Of a DNA stretch of 64,000 nucleotides, positions 54,783-64,000 are shown one piece after another. Numbering within the stretch: position 1 is the first letter of the stretch; every line of letters begins with the position of its first letter. Origin of the DNA: Candidatus Deferrimicrobiaceae bacterium (GTDB lineage: Bacteria > Desulfobacterota > Deferrimicrobia > Deferrimicrobiales > Deferrimicrobiaceae). The notes beneath the pieces are model-generated. The model was given only the letters and a program-made list of their open reading frames with translations, had not been told where the DNA came from and ran no database searches. The stretch lies in contig DASXVV010000011.1 of the NCBI GenBank assembly GCA_036504035.1, positions 9,611 through 73,610 on the forward strand, given 5' to 3'. A program made the position numbers and the translations under genes.

Positions 54783-56036
54783 ATGATCACCCGGACCACC
54801 TGCCGCGTTTGCGAAGGCGCGCTCGAACCGATCCTGTCGCTGGGCGACACTTACGTCTCCGACTTCCCCGCTCCCGGCGATCCCGACGGCACGAAGGCCC
54901 CGCTCGAGCTGGTGCTGTGCCGCCGTTGCCGTCTGCTTCAGCTCAAGCACACCGTGCCCGGCGAGGCGATGTACCAGAACTACTGGTACCGGTCGGGCAC
55001 GAACCAGACCATGCGCACCGCCCTGGCCGACATCGCCAACACGGCCGAGCATCTCGTCCACCTGAAGGCGGGCGACTCGGTGCTCGACATCGGCTGCAAC
55101 GACGGCACGCTTCTGGGCTCCTACAAGACCGGCGACATCTTCAAGATCGGCTTCGATCCGGCCGAAAACCTGGCGCAGTACTCGCGGAAGATCGCCGATT
55201 ACCACAAGCTCGGCTACTTCGAGGCCGAGCCGTTCCTGGCCGCCCCCGAGCTCGCAAATCACCGCCCCAAGGTCGTCACCAGCATCGCCATGTTCTACGA
55301 CCTCGAAGACCCCAACAAGTTCGTGGGCGACATCAAGAAGGTCATGCACCAAGACGGCCTGTGGATCGTGCAGATGAGCTACCTGCCGCTCATGCTCAAG
55401 ACCAACGAGCTGGGCAACGTCTGCCACGAGCATCTCGAATATTATTCGCTCCACTCGTTCGAATACCTGCTGCAGCGCCACGACTTCGAGGTCGTCGACC
55501 TCGAGATGAACGACGTCAACGGCGGCAGCATGCGCGCCTACATCCGCAACCGCGCCGCCGACCCGCATTCCTTCGCCGACGAGACCTACCGCGAGCTGGC
55601 GGCCGACCGCGTGGCTGCGTTCCGCGAAGAGGAAGCCCGGCTCGGACTCGACACAAACGTTCCCTACCTCGAGTTCGCCACCTGGGTCGACCGCATCAAG
55701 GGCGACCTCGTCGACTTCATCTCGGCCGAAGTCGCCAAGGGGAAGAAGGTCTACGTCTACGGCGCCTCGACGAAGGGCAACACGCTGCTCCAGTACTACG
55801 GCCTCGACCACAAGCTCATCGCGGGCGCGGCCGAGCGCAACAAAGACAAGTTCGGGCGGGTGACCGTGGGCACGCGCATTCCCATCGTGTCGGAAGAAGC
55901 AGCGCGCGCGGCGAAGCCCGATTATTTCCTCGTGCTGCCGTGGCACTTTCTCGAAGAGTTTCAAGCGAGGGAGAAGGAATTCCTGTTGGGCGGCGGCCGC
56001 TTCATCGTGCCGATGCCGCATTTCACGCTGATCTGA
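54783..56036 (+). CDS. SAM-dependent sugar C-methyltransferase (TylCIII/NovU-like; zinc-ribbon, MTase and C-terminal domain)
   Basis: N-terminal CRVCEG...CRRC zinc ribbon, motif I VLDIGCNDGTLL, and a C-terminal domain typical of NDP-hexose C-methyltransferases. Confidence 0.5.
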   Translation: MITRTTCRVCEGALEPILSLGDTYVSDFPAPGDPDGTKAPLELVLCRRCRLLQLKHTVPGEAMYQNYWYRSGTNQTMRTALADIANTAEHLVHLKAGDSVLDIGCNDGTLLGSYKTGDIFKIGFDPAENLAQYSRKIADYHKLGYFEAEPFLAAPELANHRPKVVTSIAMFYDLEDPNKFVGDIKKVMHQDGLWIVQMSYLPLMLKTNELGNVCHEHLEYYSLHSFEYLLQRHDFEVVDLEMNDVNGGSMRAYIRNRAADPHSFADETYRELAADRVAAFREEEARLGLDTNVPYLEFATWVDRIKGDLVDFISAEVAKGKKVYVYGASTKGNTLLQYYGLDHKLIAGAAERNKDKFGRVTVGTRIPIVSEEAARAAKPDYFLVLPWHFLEEFQAREKEFLLGGGRFIVPMPHFTLI

Positions 56037-56061
56037 CCGGGGCCGGGCGCGGCCTTCACCG

Positions 56062-56958
56062 CTACCGGATTTGCCAGGACCGGGAATATCTTGCCTTGAG
56101 TCGGAAGTAGGCCGATTTCAGCCGATCGGAAGCCGTCTTTCCGGCGACCCGCTCGATCAGGGCGGAAAAGCGCTTCATCAGGTCGTACCGCGCCCTGAAA
56201 AGACGGAAGGCGGCATAAGTCCGGATGGGCATGTGCCGCCGCATGGTCTCGGTCGCCTCCCGGAGGCTCTCCCGATAATAACGGTCGCTGGCCCCCGACG
56301 TCCGGAAGTTGGCCAGCACCCTGTCGGACAGGACAAAGGGCACCCCGCCGGTATACAACCGCAACACCATGTCGAGGTCGGCCGCATACCGGTATTTCAG
56401 GTCGTGGAGCCCGACCGAATCGTAAGCCGCCTTCGGGATGAACATCGCCTGGTGGCTGAACGGCATCCCCTTGCTGAAATCGAACGAGGGGCTCGACTCG
56501 ATGGTGAAATCCATGTCCTCGATGACGATTCGCCATCGCCCGGCGATCACCCGCCCCGCCCCTTCTTCGCTATTCCAGATGGCCGCCACGTCGGCAAGGG
56601 TATCCTCGGCGTACCAGTCGTCGCTGTTGAGGAACCCGATGAGGTCGCCGGTCGAGAGCCCGATGCCCTTGTTCATCGCATCGTAGATCCCCTGATCGGG
56701 CTCGCTGGCCCAATAGGCGATCCGGTCCTCGTAGCGCCGGATGATTTCGGGCGTCCGGTCGGTCGATCCGCCGTCAAGGACGATGTACTCGACGTTTCCG
56801 TAGGCCTGCGAAAGGACGCTGCGGATGGCCTGCTCGATATGGGCCTCGCCGTCCCGGACGACGGTCACGACGGTGATCAACGGGCCATTCGGCGTGCGGC
56901 GCGGGGAGACCCCCTTCAGCCGGAGACCGCCGGACATCGGTTCGGCCGGAATCGTCAT
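56062..56958 (-). CDS. GT2 glycosyltransferase
   Basis: ITVVTVVRDGEAHIEQAIRSVLSQ...IVLDGGSTDRT...NSDDWY. The start may be an internal Met. Confidence 0.6.
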   Translation of the reverse strand: MTIPAEPMSGGLRLKGVSPRRTPNGPLITVVTVVRDGEAHIEQAIRSVLSQAYGNVEYIVLDGGSTDRTPEIIRRYEDRIAYWASEPDQGIYDAMNKGIGLSTGDLIGFLNSDDWYAEDTLADVAAIWNSEEGAGRVIAGRWRIVIEDMDFTIESSPSFDFSKGMPFSHQAMFIPKAAYDSVGLHDLKYRYAADLDMVLRLYTGGVPFVLSDRVLANFRTSGASDRYYRESLREATETMRRHMPIRTYAAFRLFRARYDLMKRFSALIERVAGKTASDRLKSAYFRLKARYSRSWQIR

Positions 56959-56977
56959 GTCGTCTCCTCGACGGGGA

Positions 56978-58144
56978 TCACTTCCCGCCCGCCTCGGCCA
57001 GGGCGCCTTCGACCGTCCTCAAGAACCCGTCGTGAGAGAAGCGGGACCGCGCGAAGGCGAGGCCGTTCCCGCCGATGCGCTGCCGGAGCGGCGCGTCGTC
57101 CAGGAGCGCGCACACTTTCGCTGCGAACGCCTCCGGATCGTCGGCGACCAGCAGCTCGTCGCCGTCCGCCGCGTCGATGCCCTCGTTGCCATACGTCGTG
57201 GTGACTACGGGAAGCCCCATGGAAAGCGCATCGAGGATCTTGACGATCACCCCCCCGCCCAACAGGATCGGCGCCACGAACACGGATGCGGTCGCGTAGA
57301 CCGCCTCTAGGCTGTCGACGTACCCGGTCAGCCGGACGCCCGGCGTCCGGGTCAATTCGGATCGAAGCGCCTCGGGACAACCGCCGCCTGCGACGAGGAA
57401 CTCGGCGGCGGGGTGAGAAGCGGAAATCGCCGGCCAGACTTTTTCGACGAAGTACCGGACGGCATCGATGTTCTGGGGCCGGTTGAGCGCACCCGCAAAC
57501 AGGACGCGGCCCGGCGCCTCTCGGCGCGCAAGCCCCGTGAAATCGACCCCGCCCGGATAGCGGAGGACTTCGATCCGGGGCAAGCCGTAGAGGCGTTCCG
57601 CCCAACGGCGGTCTTCTTCCGACAGCACGAGGATCTTCCCGAAACGGGCAACGGCGCGCCGCTCGGCCATGCTTTTGATCCGGTACGCCATCCAGGCCCT
57701 CGACTTTGCCAGGGGCCCCCGTGCGGACTCGAATACCCGGAACGCGGGCTTTGCGATGACGTCGTGCAGCGTGAGGACAGCGGGCAGCCCCGCGGGGGGG
57801 CGCCAGAAGATCGCCGTCTCGGTATGCTCGACCTGGCAGGCGTCGAACCGGCCGGACCGCGCGACTTCGGATGCGCGCCGCGCCAGCCGCAGATAGGACC
57901 CGATCGTCCTGAGGACGGAAATCGTGGAGCCGGCCTGCAAGGGCGCGTCGGCCGGCACGGCGTCGAAACCGGCCAGCATGTTCCGCAGGGCGGGAAAATG
58001 CCGTTCCTCCCCCGGGTAATATCGGGTGACGAGGTGGATCGCGTGCCTTTCGGCCAAGGACTTGAGGAGGAAATGGACCAGTTTCCCGCCGGCGTGCGAA
58101 ACGCCCTCGAACGGAAGAAACGGCGTGACGATCAACAAGTTCAC
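56978..58144 (-). CDS. GT4 glycosyltransferase
   Basis: MNLLIVTPFLPFEGVSHAGGK...ILVLSEEDRRWAERLYGL...ALSMGLPVVTT. Confidence 0.65.
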   Translation of the reverse strand: MNLLIVTPFLPFEGVSHAGGKLVHFLLKSLAERHAIHLVTRYYPGEERHFPALRNMLAGFDAVPADAPLQAGSTISVLRTIGSYLRLARRASEVARSGRFDACQVEHTETAIFWRPPAGLPAVLTLHDVIAKPAFRVFESARGPLAKSRAWMAYRIKSMAERRAVARFGKILVLSEEDRRWAERLYGLPRIEVLRYPGGVDFTGLARREAPGRVLFAGALNRPQNIDAVRYFVEKVWPAISASHPAAEFLVAGGGCPEALRSELTRTPGVRLTGYVDSLEAVYATASVFVAPILLGGGVIVKILDALSMGLPVVTTTYGNEGIDAADGDELLVADDPEAFAAKVCALLDDAPLRQRIGGNGLAFARSRFSHDGFLRTVEGALAEAGGK

Positions 58145-58199
58145 GACGTCGGAACCCCGGCTCGGGACGACGGCGTCACGATCGCGATTTTCGGCAGTA

Positions 58200-59066
58200 T
58201 CATCGACCTTCGATGTAACGGGCGAGCGATTGCTCCCAGGATGGAAGCAGATCGTGCGGCAGGAAGCGTCGGATGGAATCCTTCGACAGGACCGAGTAGG
58301 CCGGGCGTTGCGTTTTCTCTCCGAAGAACCCGGTTTTCACGGCGGTCATGGTGGCGGGAATGCCGGCAAGCTCGATGACCTTCGCCGCGAATTCGAACCA
58401 GGAACACGCGCCCTCGTCGGTGAAGTGATAAAGGCCGTAAGGCACCCGGTTGAGCAGCCCGGGTATCCGCAGGGCGATGCTCAAGGTGGCGGTCGGGGTC
58501 AAGACCTGGTCGTCGACGACCTTGAGTTCGCCACGCTCGCGCGCCAGCCTGATCATCAGGTCGGGGAAGTTGAACCCCTTGCCGCGCGGCCCGGTTTTCC
58601 CGTAGAGTCCGGACACGCGAAGGACGTAATGCTTTTCGGAATACGCCGCGACCGCGAGTTCGCCCGCCAGTTTTGAAATGCCGTAGACGTTCAAGGGGCA
58701 CGGCATATCGGACTCGTGCCACGGCGTGCTTCGCGCCCCCCCGAACACGTAATCGGTGCTGAAATGGACCAGCGTCGCCCCGGAATCGGCGCAAACCTGC
58801 GCCAGCCCCTTGACCGCAACCGCGTTCACGTCGAACGCCAACGCCGCTTCCTCTTCGCACCGGTCGAGGTTATGGAAGGCCGCAGTGTTGATGACGATGT
58901 CGGGCCTGTATTCCCGGACGGCCTCGACCACGGCGTCTTTCCGGCCGATTTCGAGCCGGTCGTGCGTCAGGCCGACGCAATCGAACCCGGGATCGGCAGC
59001 CAGGACCGCCGCGATGTCGGAACCCAGCTGCCCGTTGGCGCCGATCAGGAGGACGCGAGCGGCCAT
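58200..59066 (-). CDS. rfbD: dTDP-4-dehydrorhamnose reductase
   Basis: MAARVLLIGANGQLGSDI... with the YxxxK SDR motif and RmlD-type length and organisation. Confidence 0.65.
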   Translation of the reverse strand: MAARVLLIGANGQLGSDIAAVLAADPGFDCVGLTHDRLEIGRKDAVVEAVREYRPDIVINTAAFHNLDRCEEEAALAFDVNAVAVKGLAQVCADSGATLVHFSTDYVFGGARSTPWHESDMPCPLNVYGISKLAGELAVAAYSEKHYVLRVSGLYGKTGPRGKGFNFPDLMIRLARERGELKVVDDQVLTPTATLSIALRIPGLLNRVPYGLYHFTDEGACSWFEFAAKVIELAGIPATMTAVKTGFFGEKTQRPAYSVLSKDSIRRFLPHDLLPSWEQSLARYIEGR

Positions 59067-59069
59067 CGA

Positions 59070-60110
59070 TCAGAAGACCTTTCCGTTGACCGCGATGATC
59101 CGCTCGGATTCCTCGAGCAGTTTCATCCACGAAATATTGTAGTAGAGCGGATTGTCGTAGTCGGTCATCCCGTTGGCCCGGATCTGCGTCAGGATGTTGA
59201 CCACCGATTCCTCGACCGTGACGGCCGGCTCGAACCCCAGGACCCGACGGATCTTGTCGGTGTCGACCCGGTAGGAGCGAACCCCCTTGTACTGGAAATC
59301 GGGATAAAGATCGACCGTGACCCCCTGTGCGCGAAGCGCCTCGCGCGTGCGGAGCGCCAGCTCGGAGATGCGGAAGTTCCGGTAGGCGACGTTGAAGATC
59401 TGGGCGCGCACCGCCGACGAATCGGCCTGGAGCGCGGCGATGTAGGCCCGGGCCGCGTCGCGCACCTCGACCAGGGGGCGCCACATCTCCCCGCCAAGAT
59501 GGAGGTTGATGCGGCCGGACCGGAGCGCATCCTTGATGAACGTGTTGACGACGAGGTCATAGCGCATCCGATGGGAAAAACCGAACACGGTTCCCTTGCG
59601 CAGCATGACGGGGCAGAATGTCGGATGCTTCTCGGCCAGCGCCAGCAATTCGCGCTCGCCTTCGAACTTCGATCGGGAATAGGCCGCCTTCGGGTCGATC
59701 TTCGACTCTTCGTTCAGCAGGTTGTCTTCCTTCTCGAGGCCGGCCGCGCTGTAGTAGACCGAGCAGGAGGAGGCGAACACATAGCGGTCGATCCCCATCC
59801 GGATGGCCGCCTCGGCGCTCTTGCGGGTTGCCACCGTATTCATTTCCGTGTTGGCCTTGGGATTGTATTCGGCCGTCGGGTCGTTGGATAATCCGCCCAG
59901 GTTGACCACCGCTTCGACATCTTCGTAGGCCGAATCGGGGATATCGCGCACATCCCCGACCATGAGATCGATCCGGTCCTCGATGTCGGCAATGCCCCGC
60001 TTTCCGAAGAACAACCGGTCGAATACGCGCACAGTGTATCCGCGTTCCAGCAATTCGTGCGTGAGCACGGACCCGACATAGCCGGCCCCGCCGATGATCA
60101 ATATTCGCAT
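59070..60110 (-). CDS. NAD-dependent sugar epimerase/dehydratase (extended SDR)
   Basis: Start at MRILIIGGAGYVGSVLTHELLERGY, with YSRSK. The 23-aa N-terminal extension of the ORF was rejected. Confidence 0.6.
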   Translation of the reverse strand: MRILIIGGAGYVGSVLTHELLERGYTVRVFDRLFFGKRGIADIEDRIDLMVGDVRDIPDSAYEDVEAVVNLGGLSNDPTAEYNPKANTEMNTVATRKSAEAAIRMGIDRYVFASSCSVYYSAAGLEKEDNLLNEESKIDPKAAYSRSKFEGERELLALAEKHPTFCPVMLRKGTVFGFSHRMRYDLVVNTFIKDALRSGRINLHLGGEMWRPLVEVRDAARAYIAALQADSSAVRAQIFNVAYRNFRISELALRTREALRAQGVTVDLYPDFQYKGVRSYRVDTDKIRRVLGFEPAVTVEESVVNILTQIRANGMTDYDNPLYYNISWMKLLEESERIIAVNGKVF

Positions 60111-60129
60111 GATGGCGTCCCGTGACGGT

Positions 60130-60588
60130 TTATTTGAATTGCACCGACCAGTCGTACCCGAAGGAATCGAATGGGACACGGACTTCGTCGGTTTTATCGC
60201 GATTATAGACCTCGCTGCCCGTGCTGATCAGCTGCGTGTCGTCCTGGAGCGACATCCAGCCGTGGTATACGCCGGGCGGAACGACCAGCAGTCCCGGCTG
60301 GCGGTCTCCGATGATGAACGTGTTGGTTTCCTTGTAGGTGGGACTCTCGGGGCGATCGTCGACCAGCGCAAACTTGGCGCAACCGTGCGAGATGAAGAAC
60401 CAGTCCCAAAGTTCATCGTGCTTGTGAAATGCGCGGATCGTGCCCCGGGTCAGGTTGCCGACCAGGTAGACCTGCCCGAATTTCGTGAAATGCGGATCGG
60501 TGGCGCGCAGGATCTCGATCAGATAACCGCGATCGTCGCTGCGCACGACCAGGTTTTCGAGCTTGACGTCCTTGATCATCGTTCTCAC
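60130..60588 (-). CDS. RmlC-like cupin (dTDP-4-dehydrorhamnose 3,5-epimerase-like or sugar ketoisomerase)
   Basis: 152-aa ORF with an RmlC-fold pattern (...RGYLIEILR...GQVYLVGNLTRGTIRAFHKH...DDTQLISTGSEVY). Confidence 0.5.
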   Translation of the reverse strand: MRTMIKDVKLENLVVRSDDRGYLIEILRATDPHFTKFGQVYLVGNLTRGTIRAFHKHDELWDWFFISHGCAKFALVDDRPESPTYKETNTFIIGDRQPGLLVVPPGVYHGWMSLQDDTQLISTGSEVYNRDKTDEVRVPFDSFGYDWSVQFK

Positions 60589-60630
60589 TCCCGAAGAGAT
60601 TTGTGATGACGCGTTTCGTCGCGTTTGCGG

Positions 60631-61686
60631 CTAGTCTTTAAGCGCGACTTCCTCGGCCGTCATGGCGAACCGGCGAAGTTGATCCCGGAATGCCGCCCCT
60701 GACAGGACCCGGGTCTTCCGGAACCGGTAGCGGTCGGACAGGATGTGCGGCAACCCGGCCAGGGCGCTGAACTCGGCCTTGAGAACCGTGAAGAACAGCT
60801 TCCAGCTGGATGTGCTTTCGGTGAATCGGTAGGTGGCGCCCTGCTTTTTCAGGATCCCGCGAAAATGGGCGATGTATCGCCACATCGTAAAGGCGGGGGA
60901 AAGCAGTATTTCCCTGACGGGGAAATATTTGAGCAGTATCCAGAACCGGTTGCGCTCGACGAAGAATACCTTGCCCGGGGAGTATTTGCCCCAGGTCGCC
61001 GAATATTTGTGGTAAAGCTTGGCTTTCGCGACGAACCAGCATGGGTAGCCGGCCACGCGACCGCGTAGCCCGAGATCGGTGTCTTCGCCGAACGCGAAGA
61101 AGCGCTCGTCGAACAGGCCGATCCGTTCGAGCATCTTCCGGTTGTAGACTCCCGCGCATCCGCTCGGGTAGAAAACCTCTTCGTCGGCGTCAAACCTGCC
61201 ATCGTCTTTTTCGAGACGCGATCGCCCGCGAGACATGCCATCGGCATACATCACGTGCCCCGTGTTGTCGATGACGTCCGGGTGGTCGTATTCGAGAATC
61301 TTGGGGGTGAACATCCCCGCCTCGGGATGGTTGCGAACCGCCTCGGCGCACGCCTCGAGCCAGTCGGTCTCGACGCGGGTGTCGTTGTTGAGCAGAATGA
61401 CCCATTCGCCGCGGGTCTGGGGGATGGCGACGTTGTAGGCGCCGACGTAACCGCGGTTGTCGGGAAGGGCGATGATCCGGACCCGGTCGCCGTACCGCTC
61501 GCGGACATAGTCGACCGACCCGTCGGTCGAGCCGTTGTCGGCGATGACCGTTTCGTAGTCGTCGATGGTCTGGCCCAGCACGGAATCGATACATTCTTCG
61601 AGCAGCGCACGGCCGTTCCAGTTCAGGATGATCACGGAAAAGAGCGGAACGCGTGGTGACTTGCCGATGTCCGGTTGTGAGATCAC
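60631..61686 (-). CDS. GT2 glycosyltransferase (rhamnosyltransferase-like)
   Basis: A GTG start overlaps the upstream stop (GTGA). LFSVIILNWNGRALLEECIDSVLGQ...IADNGSTDGS...GEDTDL. Confidence 0.6.
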   Translation of the reverse strand: MISQPDIGKSPRVPLFSVIILNWNGRALLEECIDSVLGQTIDDYETVIADNGSTDGSVDYVRERYGDRVRIIALPDNRGYVGAYNVAIPQTRGEWVILLNNDTRVETDWLEACAEAVRNHPEAGMFTPKILEYDHPDVIDNTGHVMYADGMSRGRSRLEKDDGRFDADEEVFYPSGCAGVYNRKMLERIGLFDERFFAFGEDTDLGLRGRVAGYPCWFVAKAKLYHKYSATWGKYSPGKVFFVERNRFWILLKYFPVREILLSPAFTMWRYIAHFRGILKKQGATYRFTESTSSWKLFFTVLKAEFSALAGLPHILSDRYRFRKTRVLSGAAFRDQLRRFAMTAEEVALKD

Positions 61687-63584
61687 CGAAACGCGCCGCC
61701 CCCCTGGATCTGGAGCAGCCGGCCGTTGAGCATATTGGCCTCTTCGCCGCCCACTTCGCCGGCGCCCTTGCGGAGCGCGGCGATGGCGCCCTGCCGGTCG
61801 CCGACGAGCTGGTACATGTCGGAAATGGTCATGTAGGCCACGACGGGCGAGATGCCGAGGTACATGTAATGGTAGGCCTCTTGAATGATCTGGTTCGGAA
61901 GCGTCGTGTTCTTGGGAAGCGCGTATTTCCGGATCAAATCGTGATTCTCGGGAATGTCGCGCGCAAAGACCACGAACAACCCGTCGGCGAAGATGAGCTG
62001 CCACTCGGGAGCGTTGGCGAGGGTGGAGATGATCGGAAGCACCATCCCCGAGGAATCCATCGTCTTGAGGACGACATAGGTGATGCCGTGCTCGTTGAAC
62101 ATCGCGTCCCAGCCCGGCAGGCTGCCGGTGCCCATCTGGTGATCCATGAATATCTTGGAGTTGTAAGTGCGGCCGTCGATGAAGGTGAGCTTGCCGGGAT
62201 AGAGCTGCCAGTCGAGGAATCCGCCGATATCGAAGAAGTTGAACATGTTCCCCTTGATCGGGAGCTGCCGAAGGAACTGGCCCGCCTTGAGGGAGAACTT
62301 GTGCTCGGTGAGCCCAACGCCGTATTCGAGTTGTGAAAAGGAGAACGAAAGCGTCAGCACGCCGAAGCCGAGCAGGCATGCGGCGATGACGCCCATGGCG
62401 GCGCTGCGCCCGAGCGAGCGGCGTGTGTCAGCGGGGGCGGGTTCGGCGACCGGGGCGGCCTTGGAAGCAGAAGGAGGCGACGGCTTGTCTTTCGCCTTGA
62501 GGTTTTTAGGTTTGAGCGGGGAGGCGGGTGCGACCCAGCGTCCGACCGCTTCGAGGAATCCGGTGATCTGGAGCGAGGCCCCCGGAGAAAGGAACAGCCC
62601 CATCATCGACACGGCGCGCGCCGAATCCCAGGAATATTTGAAGGCGATGCCGAACAGAACGACGTCGAGCAGGTAGAGCCGGCGGCCGACGAGCCCCATG
62701 AAGATCGTGGCCACGGCAAACCAGGCGGCGGCCTTGTAGTAGATGAGGAAACCGGTCTCGCGCACCGGGGTAAGCTCGGAAATCGACATGAGCACCGGGT
62801 TGCTCCCGCCGCCTCCGGTCGCGCTGTTGCTGCGTGATATGAGGTTCAAAGGAACCAGCAGGGCGTCCCACCCATGCGGATTGATCCCGCAAAGCAGACC
62901 CGCCAGGATCGTGAGGATGGCGGGGATCAGCAATTTTTCCTTGGCAAACCGGACATCGAGCTCGCCCTTGAACAAGGCGTGCAGGAACCGCTCTCCGGCG
63001 AAGGCGCAGGCGAGCCCGAACGCCATGAGGTAGGTGGGGTGCATGTTGGCCCAGACCAGCACCATGACGGGAAACGCGTAGATCAGCTTCTTGCGCGCGC
63101 CGAAGTAATACTCGCTGAAGAGATAGATGGTGGCCGCCGTGAACAGGTAGGTGAAGATTTCGGGGCGCGGCTGGATTCGGATGCGCAGGAAGCCCGAGAA
63201 GGCGAAGATGGCAGCGACGGCGATGTAGGGATTGGCGCCCCGCAGCACGGTCGCGCGGTGCAGGAGCAGGAAGATTCCGAAGACGACCGCCCAGCACAGG
63301 AACGACACCGTGTAGTGCCCGTATTGGCCGCCAAGGGAAAAGACGATCCAAAGGAGCGCCTCGAACCCCCACTCGCCGTTCGGATTTTCCATGCCGAGCG
63401 ACGGGTAGTTGAGGAATTCCTTGTCGGGAATCGAAAGCGCCTGGACGATTTGACGCCCGATCGCGAGATGGGTGCCGTAGTCGCTGGTGAACGTCTTGGT
63501 GAGCATCGGAAGCGTGATGAGGAGCAACAGCGCGTAGACGATCACGCGCTGCCGCTGCCCGGTGAGCAGGGAATCGGTCTTCAT
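61683..63584 (-). CDS. Large polytopic membrane protein, putative polysaccharide polymerase or GT-C-type glycosyltransferase
   Basis: 633-aa protein with more than ten N-terminal TM helices and a soluble C-terminal region. It is coupled to the GT2 gene. No recognisable motif was found. Confidence 0.35.
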   Translation of the reverse strand: MKTDSLLTGQRQRVIVYALLLLITLPMLTKTFTSDYGTHLAIGRQIVQALSIPDKEFLNYPSLGMENPNGEWGFEALLWIVFSLGGQYGHYTVSFLCWAVVFGIFLLLHRATVLRGANPYIAVAAIFAFSGFLRIRIQPRPEIFTYLFTAATIYLFSEYYFGARKKLIYAFPVMVLVWANMHPTYLMAFGLACAFAGERFLHALFKGELDVRFAKEKLLIPAILTILAGLLCGINPHGWDALLVPLNLISRSNSATGGGGSNPVLMSISELTPVRETGFLIYYKAAAWFAVATIFMGLVGRRLYLLDVVLFGIAFKYSWDSARAVSMMGLFLSPGASLQITGFLEAVGRWVAPASPLKPKNLKAKDKPSPPSASKAAPVAEPAPADTRRSLGRSAAMGVIAACLLGFGVLTLSFSFSQLEYGVGLTEHKFSLKAGQFLRQLPIKGNMFNFFDIGGFLDWQLYPGKLTFIDGRTYNSKIFMDHQMGTGSLPGWDAMFNEHGITYVVLKTMDSSGMVLPIISTLANAPEWQLIFADGLFVVFARDIPENHDLIRKYALPKNTTLPNQIIQEAYHYMYLGISPVVAYMTISDMYQLVGDRQGAIAALRKGAGEVGGEEANMLNGRLLQIQGGGAFR

Positions 63585-63591
63585 GGGCTCC

Positions 63592-64000
63592 TCAGCGTCC
63601 GGCAGGAGCCGAAGCGTTTTTCCAGTCGGAGAGAGTCTGGGCCGCGTCCTTGTCGGGATGGCACTTCTTGCATGCGTCTTCCATCGACATCGGCTCGCCG
63701 TACTTGAGTCGGGTGAAGTGGAACTCGTGCTTGTACCCCGGCTTGCGGTAGTAGCGGTCGGTCTTGTCGGACAGGTCGTGGCACTCGGAGCATTCGAGCT
63801 CGGGGCCCGAGAAGTCGAACTTGTGATCGTGGATGCTGTACCGCTTGCCGTCCTTGGTGGGCGAAGCCGGATGGCAGTCGATGCACTCGGCCTCGGACGG
63901 GTCGTGGCGCGAATGGAGCTTTGAGATCTTGAGAATCTTCTGGTGACACGTGCCGCAGTATTCGTCGCGGCTCATGTAACGCTCGGCCTTGGCCGGACCG
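63592..64000 (-). CDS. Multihaem c-type cytochrome (partial; the gene continues beyond the window end)
   Basis: Four CxxCH motifs within 127 aa (CGTCH, CIDCH, CSECH, CKKCH). This is the 3' part of a gene running off the window. Confidence 0.6.
   Translation of the reverse strand, partial: GPAKAERYMSRDEYCGTCHQKILKISKLHSRHDPSEAECIDCHPASPTKDGKRYSIHDHKFDFSGPELECSECHDLSDKTDRYYRKPGYKHEFHFTRLKYGEPMSMEDACKKCHPDKDAAQTLSDWKNASAPAGR

Noticed and set aside
1-64000. Search for tRNA, rRNA, CRISPR arrays and transposase or integrase genes
   Set aside because: No cloverleaf-like or rRNA-like conserved stretches, no short regular repeats, and no ORF with transposase (DDE) or tyrosine-recombinase signatures were seen. 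Mobility in region B is inferred only from duplications and gene remnants.

Overview
High-GC (~65-70%) bacterial chromosomal window. The multihaem cytochrome c at the far end, the NapH-like polyferredoxin and the dense lipoprotein content point to a Deltaproteobacteria-like or similar anaerobic lineage, but this is only an inference. Only sequence and ORF translations were inspected; no searches were run.

The window has two parts.

(A) Positions 1-28065 form an almost uninterrupted minus-strand array of about 27 translationally coupled genes, with stop/start overlaps such as ATGA, GTGA and TGATG. Almost every product is extracytoplasmic. Apart from the transport module, every domain type in the array occurs at least twice.
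- Right-handed parallel beta-helix proteins (NosD/PbH1-like): four stand-alone, one fused to a CarbReg half, one fused to a ResB-like N-terminus.
- Lipoproteins built from tandem carboxypeptidase-regulatory-like (CarbReg) domains: five stand-alone plus one fused half.
- Tat-exported DUF362 proteins: two.
- FG-GAP/ASPIC (CRTAC1-like) proteins: two.
- A NapH/MauN-type membrane polyferredoxin.
- A ResB-like membrane N-terminus fused to a beta-helix domain.
- A paired U32 'peptidase' module (UbiU/UbiV-like), next to an AAA protein with a degenerate Walker A.
- A PQQ-like beta-propeller lipoprotein, a HEAT-repeat lipoprotein and a DUF318/ArsP-like permease.
- A terminal PhnD-like binding protein plus a YeeE-like membrane protein.
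- Two diverged TlpA/ResA-like thiol-disulfide oxidoreductases encoded divergently at 28.4-29.5 kb.

I could not map this array onto any characterised pathway. It contains no recognisable catalytic reductase or oxidase. I flag it as the candidate novel system: a periplasmic or cell-surface redox/maturation system fed by a quinol-dehydrogenase-like polyferredoxin.

(B) Positions 29.5-63.6 kb are a surface-polysaccharide (O-antigen/EPS-like) locus.
- Glycosyltransferases: GtrB-like GT2 with YfhO and DUF2304, a Wzx flippase, GT2 and GT4 transferases.
- Sugar-nucleotide genes: gmd; a ColD-like 3-dehydratase paired with an Fcl/ColC-like reductase (possible GDP-colitose pathway); RmlD; an RmlC-like cupin; an SDR epimerase.
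- Modification genes: a sugar C-methyltransferase and a B12-radical SAM enzyme.

This locus is heavily invaded.
- Toxin-antitoxin modules: HepT/MntA, RelB/ParE, an orphan MntA-like nucleotidyltransferase, AbiEi/AbiEii and HipBA.
- AAA/DUF4143 ATPases: three intact copies plus a remnant.

The insertions left clear scars.
- Three nested direct copies of the wzx 5' end bracket successive TA cassettes.
- A truncated DUF4143 gene abuts HepT.
- A 56-bp duplication and a GT4 3' remnant flank a GT2 gene.
- A 12-nt poly-C tract sits near the 3' end of the intact GT4 gene and could act as a phase-variation switch.

No rRNA, tRNA or CRISPR array was seen.
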